From NCBI GenBank assembly GCA_964568455.1, contig CAZMPJ010000008.1, positions 1,143-65,142 of the forward strand: DNA of 64,000 nt. Direction: 5' to 3'. Both the position numbers and the translations under genes were made by a program. Shown here in pieces: positions 44,525 through 53,443 of this stretch (within the stretch, counting starts at the first letter, position 1; the number at the start of each line of letters is the position of its first letter). The notes beneath the pieces were generated by a model. It made no database searches. It was not told the origin of the DNA and saw nothing but the letters and a program-made list of their open reading frames with translations. The stretch comes from an uncultured bacterium. GTDB taxonomy: Bacteria; Margulisbacteria; WOR-1; O2-12-FULL-45-9.

Positions 44525-44554
44525 GTGAAATTTTTCAGGAGAATGGACGATATT
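44525..44554 (+). promoter_or_regulatory. Orphan-regulon promoter-like motif, copy P9
   Basis: Reads GTGAAA-tttttcaggagaatggac(18)-GATATT, ending 5 nt before the ATG at 44560. Confidence 0.45.
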
Positions 44555-44559
44555 TGAGT

Positions 44560-47262
44560 ATGGGTATGACTAATCGAAAGATAATGGACATAGCTCCTTT
44601 GCGTAAGATCTTTCCTGCTCGGGCACATGATCTTATAAATCAAGTACAAGGATTGCATACAAACCTGGATTTGCCCGGCCTTTGCAGGGTAGTTAGTGAC
44701 TTGCAAAAAATAAGACATCATCCAGCGGTTTTAATTCCTTTATATGAAATTATCTGTTCTGTGGCAAATCAAACAAGGCAATATACGCACGCAACAGAAT
44801 TTGCCTTACGCATAATGAGCTTAGGCAAAGGCGATGTGCTTACATCTGCCACTGCGCTTTTAGAGCGAGCTAGTTTGCAGTATGGGGAATTAGGTGGTGA
44901 CGATCAATTAGAAATAACAAGACATTTTCATAAATATTTAAGGGGTGCGGGAAATTTTGCTAAATTGCAGGATCTTTCGGTAGACCTGCAGGCTAGTTGG
45001 GCAATTATATTTACTCTCATTTTTCCTAAACAATACTTGTCAGAGCAAATAATTCTAATTGAAAATACTTTTGTTGGAAGTGATAGCAGAAAAAGAAAAG
45101 CAGGAGCCGCAATAACCTATATCAGCTTAGCACGCAGAATTTTTTCTATTGAAAGAAAACCTATAAAAATAGCAAAACTCCGCTCAATGGCTGAATATGT
45201 TTTTGCAAATGAACCAGAAGCCGTAATTGATCCAGAGAGATGTTCTGAAGAATATTTTGATGATCTTATAGCAAGCTTGGCCCGCTTTGATTTATTTGAT
45301 TTGGTTGACCAGGCTATGCAAATACGTGACCCCGAACCTAATTTAGCCATACATTTATATGTTGGTTTATTAAAAATACTACAACAGGATCTAAAAGTTG
45401 CTTATGTGGAAGATTTAAAGCTTGAAGGTCAAATTCGGTCAGCCAGCATGTCTGATGTATTAAGGGCGGAATTTAGTTTGTTATCTACAAGGATAGCAAG
45501 AGATTATATGGAAAGCATAAAACGCCCCCACGCAGAGTTTGAGCTGGGTTTTGAGCCGTCGAATTATTTTGAAAGAGCTTTTTTGGCTCCACTATCTGAT
45601 TGCCCTCAATTAGTGGCTGGAATAGTTGCTTTACGTCGAAGTGTATTAGTAGAATTTGGTAAAGCAGTATCAAGGCCAAACTATTTTGTTACTGAGGCAA
45701 GCGCAAAAAACGTTTTGGGGGTTAAGCTTTTACGGGCAAATATAGTGCAGCTGCCTGGCTCAACCAAGCTTGAAGTGTATGTTTTTAATGAACAAGAAAC
45801 TGCTTGTGCAAAAGCCTATTTTATTTTAAAGCTTAATGTGAAAGGTGAGGTATGTGGAATTGAGCCTCAACTCTATCTTGAAGGGGTAAAGCCCAGAGAC
45901 CGCCAAAACATAATACTTTTTTGGGAATATATAACCTTGGCGTTGTTAGCAGGAAGCCGCTTATATGAAGATACTGATGGTGAGGTGGAAGAAAGCGATC
46001 TTGATCTTCTAGCAGGCGAAATTTATGAGTTTTCAAAAAAAATTGCCTTAAAAGAAAACTTTGCTGCTTTTCAAACTATTGAAGAGGGTTTTGTTGAAGA
46101 AGAAAAATATCGCGAAAAAGAAGTTGATCTTAATAACTGCTATCGCTTGGCCAGAATGATTTTTGAATCTTTTATAGAACAAGTAACTCCAGCAACTTAT
46201 GCGCTATCTGAGCAAGACTTTTTAGCTGATATTTTTACTTCAATTACTTTTATAGACCCCAAAGATTTAGAAAAGGTTTCTGATGATGTAACTATAAGAC
46301 AAATTTTAGCTGATCATGAAAATGTTGAAGCAGCCAAGTTCCCTTTTATAGTTGTTTTAAAAGATAAGGCCGGGTCAGATATTATAATTCAAGTTAAAAG
46401 TGCTGATGAAATAAATGTATTAGGCTCAAGAGGCGAAAGGATTAATGCCTTATTGCAAAAATATATTCTGGAGCTCGTTTTTGGTGCTAGCGCTAAACGG
46501 TTGGCAAGAACAAAAACTGGAGCTGGTCAAGGAGCGATAATTTTTGATGAAACAGAAGAGGCTGCTGGGCCAGAGCAGGTCTTAAGAAATGTTTATCAAA
46601 GAGAATTTTTAAAATTAGTTGATCAGAAAGGTATTTTTGCTTTTCCTTGGCTTTATACTGAATCTGCCGGCAGAGATGATGTTTTATTTTATCCATTTGA
46701 AAACCAGGATGTTGCAGCCAAAAGAAACTTATTTGAAGAAAGAGATGGTAGAGAAATATTTGTTCAGATAGAGCCTTTTGGTTCGATCAGAGTATTACCA
46801 GTTTCAAGAAGAAAAGGAAAAGGCGGCGGTTGGATTTTTAGGCCAAAAGACAGAACAACTCTTCGCGAACGACAAAAGGAATTATTAGCAGATAGCAGCC
46901 CTTTTCCAGCATTTTATCGGCTTTATATTAAAACTACTTTCTCGAATGAAGAGGGCAATGAATCTGTTCAGATTATTACTCCTTATGCTTTGCGGGAAGA
47001 TGAAGATGAAATATGGTCAGATGATGTTTTGGGTAGGTTGGAAGCTGAAATCGCACAAGGGGAACATAAGGCTGACCCAATAAAATTATTAAAAGGAACT
47101 TCTGGTGAGCGCAGAAGGAAGCTTGAAGCCAGAATTCAATCCGGCGAGCTCACAATAGTAGAACAGACAACAGAGATTTTTGAAATAAACACTACTTATC
47201 ATCGGCCTAAAATGGTTAGTTTAGCGGAGTTGTTGGAGCAAGGTTGTGAGTTGGAGAGATAA
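44560..47262 (+). CDS. Large orphan protein (~900 aa), paralogue of 57489-60068
   Basis: A long ORF, collinear with the 859-aa protein. Examples: FDLFDLVDQAMQIRDPEP vs FDQLDYADQAMVIRQPET, and C-terminal INTTYHRPKMVSLAELLEQGCELE vs LNTTFKRPTMERLSDLLEQGYTLE. Confidence 0.7.
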   Translation: MGMTNRKIMDIAPLRKIFPARAHDLINQVQGLHTNLDLPGLCRVVSDLQKIRHHPAVLIPLYEIICSVANQTRQYTHATEFALRIMSLGKGDVLTSATALLERASLQYGELGGDDQLEITRHFHKYLRGAGNFAKLQDLSVDLQASWAIIFTLIFPKQYLSEQIILIENTFVGSDSRKRKAGAAITYISLARRIFSIERKPIKIAKLRSMAEYVFANEPEAVIDPERCSEEYFDDLIASLARFDLFDLVDQAMQIRDPEPNLAIHLYVGLLKILQQDLKVAYVEDLKLEGQIRSASMSDVLRAEFSLLSTRIARDYMESIKRPHAEFELGFEPSNYFERAFLAPLSDCPQLVAGIVALRRSVLVEFGKAVSRPNYFVTEASAKNVLGVKLLRANIVQLPGSTKLEVYVFNEQETACAKAYFILKLNVKGEVCGIEPQLYLEGVKPRDRQNIILFWEYITLALLAGSRLYEDTDGEVEESDLDLLAGEIYEFSKKIALKENFAAFQTIEEGFVEEEKYREKEVDLNNCYRLARMIFESFIEQVTPATYALSEQDFLADIFTSITFIDPKDLEKVSDDVTIRQILADHENVEAAKFPFIVVLKDKAGSDIIIQVKSADEINVLGSRGERINALLQKYILELVFGASAKRLARTKTGAGQGAIIFDETEEAAGPEQVLRNVYQREFLKLVDQKGIFAFPWLYTESAGRDDVLFYPFENQDVAAKRNLFEERDGREIFVQIEPFGSIRVLPVSRRKGKGGGWIFRPKDRTTLRERQKELLADSSPFPAFYRLYIKTTFSNEEGNESVQIITPYALREDEDEIWSDDVLGRLEAEIAQGEHKADPIKLLKGTSGERRRKLEARIQSGELTIVEQTTEIFEINTTYHRPKMVSLAELLEQGCELER

Positions 47263-47265
47263 GGC

Positions 47266-48183
47266 ATGCCCCTAATTAAACCTTTTGCGCAACTGCCACT
47301 GATGAAGATCAGAAATGTTAAAGTTGATCTTCCTTTAAGTCGAAGAGTTAGTGTTGTCCGCTCAACTGGCATCCCAGCTAAAACTGATCCAGCTCATTTT
47401 GTGCAAACCATGCTGGACTGGGAAGCAAGAATGGGTACAACACATGCGGTGTTAGCAGGCATGATGCTTATGACTGGCACAGCTGAAGTTGATGATGTAA
47501 TTGATGGATTTGAAACCTTTCACCGCATTTATGACAAAGTAGCTCCTTTTATGCAAAACTGCACGCTGACGGAACTAGAACGATTTACAACTTTCTTAAA
47601 AGGTAAATTAAATTTTGCTCCTTTTTATCCTGACTTTTACCTTGGTTTAAAAAGTTTTGAAGCTAATTTAGATGGAGCGGATAAGATAGTGGGGGATTGT
47701 GTTGTTTGCGCGGCAATATATGATTTGCTTTATTCCCAGGCTGGAGGGATAGCTGGGGCAGGCTTTAGAGTTATTGATTTGCATACAAGAGCTTATTTGC
47801 CAGATTTAAATTATAATTTTGAAATTGGCAGCGACGAGCAACCACAAGAGTATTTACGCTTTAAACCAGTTCAATCTACTACACCTTATCTTTTTAGTAG
47901 TATGTTTTCTTTTTTAACCGTAGCTTCTTTGTTGTCAATTATTATGTTTGTTAGAGTGGAGACAGGAGGAAAAGCAAATTACAAGTTACTTTCTGCAGAT
48001 AAGCTTGCTTTTCTCATGAATTGGCTTGAGTGCGCTGAAGCCATAAACCCATATCATATTTGCATTTATTTTAACAAAGAAAATGTTTATGAAGCGACGG
48101 GGAAAAAAGGCGAAGCGGCTTTGCAGGGAACAGTTGTTGATGAGTTGATGGGCTTTGTTGGTCAGCAGATTATAGTGGCTTAG
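47266..48183 (+). CDS. Orphan protein (305 aa) with one predicted TM segment
   Basis: It starts 3 nt after the 900-aa gene's stop. It has a hydrophobic stretch, LFSSMFSFLTVASLLSIIMFV. I recognise no family. Confidence 0.6.
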   Translation: MPLIKPFAQLPLMKIRNVKVDLPLSRRVSVVRSTGIPAKTDPAHFVQTMLDWEARMGTTHAVLAGMMLMTGTAEVDDVIDGFETFHRIYDKVAPFMQNCTLTELERFTTFLKGKLNFAPFYPDFYLGLKSFEANLDGADKIVGDCVVCAAIYDLLYSQAGGIAGAGFRVIDLHTRAYLPDLNYNFEIGSDEQPQEYLRFKPVQSTTPYLFSSMFSFLTVASLLSIIMFVRVETGGKANYKLLSADKLAFLMNWLECAEAINPYHICIYFNKENVYEATGKKGEAALQGTVVDELMGFVGQQIIVA

Positions 48184-48536
48184 CCAAAATAACTTGCACT
48201 AGTCTTTTCAGATTCAAAAACCGTTACTTTTGCCAGCTCTTTAATGTCTTTTTTAAGTTTTTCGTAAATTAGTTTAGCAATAATTTCACAAGAAGGGTTT
48301 TTGTCTTTGAATTCCGGCAGACCATTTAAATTTTGATGATCAAATTTGTCTATAACCTTTTTTAGTTTTGCTTTTACTTCTTTAAAATCAACCATGATCC
48401 CGATCTTATTCAGTTTATCTCCCTTTAAATAAACCTGGACCTTCCAGGTGTGACCATGCAGGTTTTCGCAAGGGCCGCTATAACCCCGCAGCGCATGAGC
48501 TGAGCTGAAAGTATCTTCTATCATAAGTTCAAACAT
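48180..48536 (-). CDS. queD: 6-carboxy-5,6,7,8-tetrahydropterin synthase
   Basis: FSSAHALRGYSGPCENLHGHTWKV is the typical PTPS/QueD motif; length is 118 aa. Confidence 0.9.
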   Translation of the reverse strand: MFELMIEDTFSSAHALRGYSGPCENLHGHTWKVQVYLKGDKLNKIGIMVDFKEVKAKLKKVIDKFDHQNLNGLPEFKDKNPSCEIIAKLIYEKLKKDIKELAKVTVFESEKTSASYFG

Positions 48537-48545
48537 AATTTAATT

Positions 48546-49394
48546 TTACCCTAATTTAACCTGTTTTGCACCAACGATGGATTTTCCCAGCAGCCTGCTC
48601 CCCACATCCTGAAAATGGATGGCTGATCCAGTAACCAGAAAACTTCCTTTAGCAGGACTATCCGTGGTTTTAATGGTGCCGGCTTTTTTTAACATATTTT
48701 TTGCTTGAGTCACCGCTTCAACAGCTGGATCAATTAAGCTTACACTTGGTCCAACAATCTCTTTTATCACTTTAGCTAAGTGAGGGTAGTGGGTGCAACC
48801 GAGGATTAAAGTATCAATTCCAGCGGAAATTAAAGGTTTTAAGTATTCTTTAGCCACTTTTCTGGTTTCATCTGTTTCAACCATGCCATCTTCAATTAGC
48901 GGAACAAATAATGGACAGGCAACTGCCTGGACTTGAGCTTCGTTACCAATTTTATTTTGAAAAGCGCCAGAATTAACTGTGCCAGCAGTGGCAATTACGC
49001 CGATTTGTTTATTTTTAGTTACAGAAAGTGCGGCGCGTGAGCCAGCATCAATCAAATTAATTAGTTCAACCGCATATTCATCTTTTACTACTGGATAAGC
49101 AATGGCTGACGAGGTGCCGCAGGCCATGATAATTAATTTTGCGCCTTGGTTAATCAAAAAAGGAATAATTTCCTGGTTAATTTTAATAATTTCTTGAGGA
49201 GACCTGCCGCCATAAGGAACTCGAGCAGTATCTGCCAAATAAATATAATCTTCATTGGGTAATTGCTTTAAAACTTGAGCCAAAACAGTTAAACCACCCA
49301 CTCCAGAATCAAAAATTCCAATTGGAGAAGAAGGAGTGGCTTTTTTTGCTTTTTGTATTCCACTAACTTTAGTGCCCACTTTTTCAATTCCCAA
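48546..49394 (-). CDS. murI: Glutamate racemase
   Basis: Contains IGIFDSGVGGLTV, ACGTSS and LGCTHYP motifs. Confidence 0.93.
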   Translation of the reverse strand: MGIEKVGTKVSGIQKAKKATPSSPIGIFDSGVGGLTVLAQVLKQLPNEDYIYLADTARVPYGGRSPQEIIKINQEIIPFLINQGAKLIIMACGTSSAIAYPVVKDEYAVELINLIDAGSRAALSVTKNKQIGVIATAGTVNSGAFQNKIGNEAQVQAVACPLFVPLIEDGMVETDETRKVAKEYLKPLISAGIDTLILGCTHYPHLAKVIKEIVGPSVSLIDPAVEAVTQAKNMLKKAGTIKTTDSPAKGSFLVTGSAIHFQDVGSRLLGKSIVGAKQVKLG

Positions 49395-49413
49395 TTTTCT
49401 TATATAACCTACT

Positions 49414-50479
49414 TCAGAAATAGCTTTTTACCCCCCAGGCAATAGCATTAGCTGTTTTATTTTGAAAAGCAGAAGACCTAGCTAGCTTTTCTTCCTCACT
49501 GTTACTGATAAACAAAGGTTCAATCAAGATTGCCGGCATTTTAGCATGATGAATAGTATAAAACATTGCTCGTCTAAGTCCCCGATCCTTTCTTTTTAAT
49601 CCTCTTACCAGGCTGCGGTGGATGGTTAAACCTAGTCTTCTACTTTTTCTATTATAGTAATAGGTTTCCGTGCCGCGGACCCTTTGGTTATAAAATACAT
49701 TATAGTGGATTGAGATAAATATCAGCCTGGACCTTGTTGGCAAACTTAACAATGTCTCTTAAACTGTTAGTTCTATCATCATTCCTAGTTAAATAAACTG
49801 TTGCCCCTGCAGCTTGCAAGTAATTTGCTACTTTGCGGGCTAAGGGCAGGGTTAAATTCTTTTCCGGGATTTTATGCAGAGAAAAACCGCCCGGATCCCT
49901 TCCGCCATGACCAGGGTCAATCACGATGGTTTTGCCACGCAAAGACTTGTCTTTACTTTTATAGTTAGGCAAATATTTATAAGGCTTAAACGCATCGGTT
50001 TTTTGCTTAAGCATTTTTGTTTCCCAGGCGGCTTGCAGTTCTTTGCTAGGATTTTCTCGGTCATAGAGTTCAACTGAAGTTTTTCCTCGGCCAAAGATGT
50101 TAACTACTTCATAAACCGAATCCTTTTTTAAGCTAATGATGATTTTTGCGGTCTTGCCTGATTGTTTAGCGGCAATACCCTTAATTCGTTTATGACTCCA
50201 GAGTTTTGGTTTTAACCCTGGAGTTATTTTAGTGTTGGGAAATTCAATAATAAGCTGATCTTCAAGCAAGAGCCCTTGTCCCTCAAGGTTGCCAGAACCA
50301 TTAATATTGATGTAGTCAATGTTTAGGTTGCGAACTGCTTCTATTTTAGTTATTTCTGATAAATTAGATGCGGCAGCAGCAGAAATCCAAAATCCAAATA
50401 TCAAAATCCAAATAAATCTAGAAAAAACCAAATCGAAAAAATAATTTATTGATTTGGATTTAAACGATTTATTTGTCAT
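49414..50479 (-). pseudogene. N-acetylmuramoyl-L-alanine amidase (AMIN plus Amidase_3) interrupted by a frameshift
   Basis: Frame A (50479-49700) reads ...IVIDPGHGGRDPG...ANKVQADIYLNPL*. Frame B (49752-49414) continues ...IFISIHYN...GTETYYY...PAILIEPLFISN. The conserved AD(L)FISIH motif is split at about 49715-49723. Confidence 0.7.
50383..50417. repeat. Tandem heptamers (AAATCCA)n inside the amidase 5' coding region
   Basis: The units are AAATCCA-AAATCCA-AATATCA-AAATCCA-AATAAAT. On the coding strand they encode the IWILIFGFWI hydrophobic stretch. Confidence 0.65.
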
Positions 50480-51798
50480 TTGGATTTTGTCATTAGACGG
50501 ATCAATGCTTCTTTTTCATTCAATTCTGGCTTATCCAAGACTTTTTCCAGTAAAAACGCAAGAACTTTTCCCACTTTAGGTCCTGGAGCAATATTTAATA
50601 CTTCCATCACATCTTTGCCATCTACTTTTAAATCTTTAACATGCAAAGCATTTTCGTCGGCAATAATCTTATCAATCCTTTTTTGCAGTTCTCTTAAATA
50701 GCTTGAATCAATTTTCCTGCCCATGGCTTTATTATCAGCAACTCGGATAGCAAAAATATCAGCTATGTTTTCTATTCCACCAATGCGAAGTAAAAATCTT
50801 CTTACCGCAGCATCAGTCCACTCAGAAAGATAGTTAAACATATGATTAGTAATTAAATTGCTGACTTTTTTTGTGTCATTATTACTAAACTTTAAACGTT
50901 TTAAGATTTTTTCCGCGGTTCTAGCGCCTTCTTTGTCGTGATTGTAGAAAGTAAAATCTTTTTTGCAGCTGGGTTTTTCAATATCATGCAAAAGGCAAGC
51001 CAGCCTTACCATTGGTTTGTCTTTGGGTGCGGCGTCACAAGAATAAAGGTTGTGATAATAGACATCATATTTATGAAATTCCCGAGGCTGCTCAACTCCA
51101 AAGCAAACCAAGAGTTCTGGCATAATTAATTTTAATAAGCCGGATTCCCGCATTAGTTCAAAAGCAATAGATGGCGTGTCAGCTTGCAGAATTTTTACTA
51201 ATTCATCATGAATGCGTTCGGGAGCCACTTTTTGGGTCACTTTTAAAGTTTTGTTTATAGCCTTAAAAGTTTCAGGCTCAACTTTAAAGTTTAATTTTGC
51301 AGCAAAGCGGCAAGCCCGCACACTGCGCAGCCCGTCTTCTGAAAAACGTTCTTTTGCTTTGCCAATGGCTTGGATTGATTTGTTTTTTAAATCTTCCTGG
51401 CCTTTGTAATCATCAATTAATTCTTTGCTTTTTGGGTCATAGGCCAGGGCATTGATAGTAAAGTCCCGGCGTGACAGATCTTCGTGGATATCATCAGTAA
51501 ATTTAACGTTAGAAGGATGGCGACCATCCACATATTTTTCATCAGAACGAAAAGTGGTTACTTCGTACTGCCCATCATCCAAAAGTATGGTCACCGTCCC
51601 ATATTCAAGTCCAGTAGGAACCACTTTATTAAATAATTTACATACTTGGTCAGGCTTAGCTGAAGTGGTAATATCCCATTCTAAGGGAGTAATGCCCAGC
51701 AAGCTGTCACGAATACAGCCGCCCACTAAATAGGCCTTATGGCCCTCTTTTTGCAGAGTTTCAATTATTTGTTTAGCGCCTTGAGTAAGCTTAAACAT
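50476..51798 (-). CDS. cca: CCA-adding tRNA nucleotidyltransferase with an HD domain
   Basis: Contains AYLVGGCIRDSLLG, the DxD-type motif DITT, RDFTINALA and HD-domain residues (LLHDIEK). Confidence 0.88.
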   Translation of the reverse strand: MFKLTQGAKQIIETLQKEGHKAYLVGGCIRDSLLGITPLEWDITTSAKPDQVCKLFNKVVPTGLEYGTVTILLDDGQYEVTTFRSDEKYVDGRHPSNVKFTDDIHEDLSRRDFTINALAYDPKSKELIDDYKGQEDLKNKSIQAIGKAKERFSEDGLRSVRACRFAAKLNFKVEPETFKAINKTLKVTQKVAPERIHDELVKILQADTPSIAFELMRESGLLKLIMPELLVCFGVEQPREFHKYDVYYHNLYSCDAAPKDKPMVRLACLLHDIEKPSCKKDFTFYNHDKEGARTAEKILKRLKFSNNDTKKVSNLITNHMFNYLSEWTDAAVRRFLLRIGGIENIADIFAIRVADNKAMGRKIDSSYLRELQKRIDKIIADENALHVKDLKVDGKDVMEVLNIAPGPKVGKVLAFLLEKVLDKPELNEKEALIRLMTKSK

Positions 51799-51824
51799 AA
51801 TGTTTAATTCTACACTATATTAAG

Positions 51825-51853
51825 TTGACTTGTAAAAGGGCCGAGAGTATAAT
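51825..51853 (+). promoter_or_regulatory. Sigma-70 promoter (TTGACT-N17-TATAAT), 9 nt upstream of the GTG at 51863
   Basis: TTGACT at 51825-51830 and TATAAT at 51848-51853. Confidence 0.55.
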
Positions 51854-51862
51854 TGCCTCATC

Positions 51863-53443
51863 GTGAAGAAATCCTCTTTTGAGAGAGGCTTGGTTATAGT
51901 ATTGGTTGCGGCAATCATTGTCGGTGCAATACTATTTTTTACTCAAATTCTTTCTGCAGATGCTTTTACCAAAGAAGAAGCCCAACATGGCCTTTATGGG
52001 CTTTGGATTTATAAAGATATCAACGCTTTAGATGCTAAGGCGTTTTTATATGATACCTCAAGACAACTGGTTTGGCCGTTCTTGCATTCTTGGATTTTGG
52101 GCATTGTTTTTTTTACTTTTGGGCCAAGTACGGTAGTGGCGCGTCTCTTAAGCTTAGCTATGTTTTTGGGGATAGCGGTTTTTATGTACCTGCTTTCTGC
52201 CCACTTTTCTCATAAGATTGGGCAAAAACCAGGGGTAACTGCCGCGCTTTTGGCGCTTTCTTCTCCCCTTTTGATTAGGTTTGGAACGGCTAATATGCTG
52301 GAGGCCTTAGGCGCATTGCTTTTTCTGGCTGCGACTTATGTTTATATGCTTTGTGAAGAGCAAAAAATCACCCTTGAATATGTGTTACTCGCCTTTTTGA
52401 TTGGTTTATCGCTTTACGTCAATTATATTTTTGCTTATTTAATGGTAGCTTCTTTTATGGTGGCGACCGTAGTAAAATTAGTGCCGATTATGATTGGTGC
52501 GATTAAATTGATGAAAAAAGGAGAAAAATCCGCTATTGGTTTTATCTGGTGGGCTTATCGCAAATTAATTGTGCTTTTTGTTGTATTAACTTTGCTGGGA
52601 GTTTGGTTTTCTTTTAATTTCTCCAGAAAAATACTGATTTTGGCCAATACTTTGTTTAGATATTCTTCTGGCGAAAAACTGGTGGGTATTATTCCTAATC
52701 TTTTATATTATCCTAAAGTAATTATTGATCAAGTAACTTTTTCGCCTTGGCTGGGGATTTTGGCCTTGGTTTCTTTGTTTTTGCCTTTTATTGTCCGTCG
52801 CTATGCTAGTTTAAATAAATTGTTTATTTTTGTCTGGACTAGTTTGGTTTTATTGGTTTTTACTATCCCTACCAAATCAGCCCAGTTCCTATATATTATT
52901 GTGCCTTTTATTCTGATAATCTTTAGCGCTACGATTTTTTACTTCAAAGACAAAATTAAACAAAAGAACCCAAAATTAGCCACAGCTTTTTTTACTATTT
53001 TAATTTTACCGGCTTTGTTTTCTTTGCCTAATTTATTTGCAGTCTGGTTTCCGGCTAACTCTGCTTCTAATATGCAGGATGTGCTGCAATATTTTAGCAA
53101 TACTGTGCCAGCTCAAGCAACCATGGTAATACCTTTAAACCTGCAACATTTAAACCCAGAAGTGGTTGAGTTTCATATGGACGGAAGGGCCGGAGCAGTG
53201 ATTACCAATATGGATGAAATTAGTTCAAATGGTAATTATCTGCTTACCATTGAGCTTGATCCAGACAGCAAATATCATCAGGACCTGATTGACGATTCGC
53301 TTTTTAGCTGGAATATTACTTTGCGGGATAAATTAATGCGAGGACAAATCAAACTTTATTCCACCCGCCGCTTTGATGATGTTGGGGTAACTGCCAGGAT
53401 TTTTGAGGAGACCTCAAGTAATCTGTTCAATGGTCTGAATTAA
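51863..53443 (+). CDS. Polytopic membrane protein, probably a GT-C-fold glycosyltransferase (ArnT/PMT-like)
   Basis: It has about 11-13 TM segments followed by a ~120-aa soluble C-terminal domain, an architecture typical of GT-C enzymes. No motif-level proof. Confidence 0.45.
   Translation: MKKSSFERGLVIVLVAAIIVGAILFFTQILSADAFTKEEAQHGLYGLWIYKDINALDAKAFLYDTSRQLVWPFLHSWILGIVFFTFGPSTVVARLLSLAMFLGIAVFMYLLSAHFSHKIGQKPGVTAALLALSSPLLIRFGTANMLEALGALLFLAATYVYMLCEEQKITLEYVLLAFLIGLSLYVNYIFAYLMVASFMVATVVKLVPIMIGAIKLMKKGEKSAIGFIWWAYRKLIVLFVVLTLLGVWFSFNFSRKILILANTLFRYSSGEKLVGIIPNLLYYPKVIIDQVTFSPWLGILALVSLFLPFIVRRYASLNKLFIFVWTSLVLLVFTIPTKSAQFLYIIVPFILIIFSATIFYFKDKIKQKNPKLATAFFTILILPALFSLPNLFAVWFPANSASNMQDVLQYFSNTVPAQATMVIPLNLQHLNPEVVEFHMDGRAGAVITNMDEISSNGNYLLTIELDPDSKYHQDLIDDSLFSWNITLRDKLMRGQIKLYSTRRFDDVGVTARIFEETSSNLFNGLN

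Noticed and set aside
44554-44559. The TTG start given by the ORF track for the ~900-aa gene
   Set aside because: That TTG is the last base of the GATATT box plus 2 nt. The ATG at 44560 (or 44566) fits the 5-8 nt leaderless spacing seen at the other motif copies.
44500-44721. A 74-codon N-terminal extension of the dapF ORF
   Set aside because: Conserved DapF begins MKFYKYHGLGNDF at 44499. The extension runs antisense through the promoter and 5' end of the ~900-aa gene and has an implausible composition.
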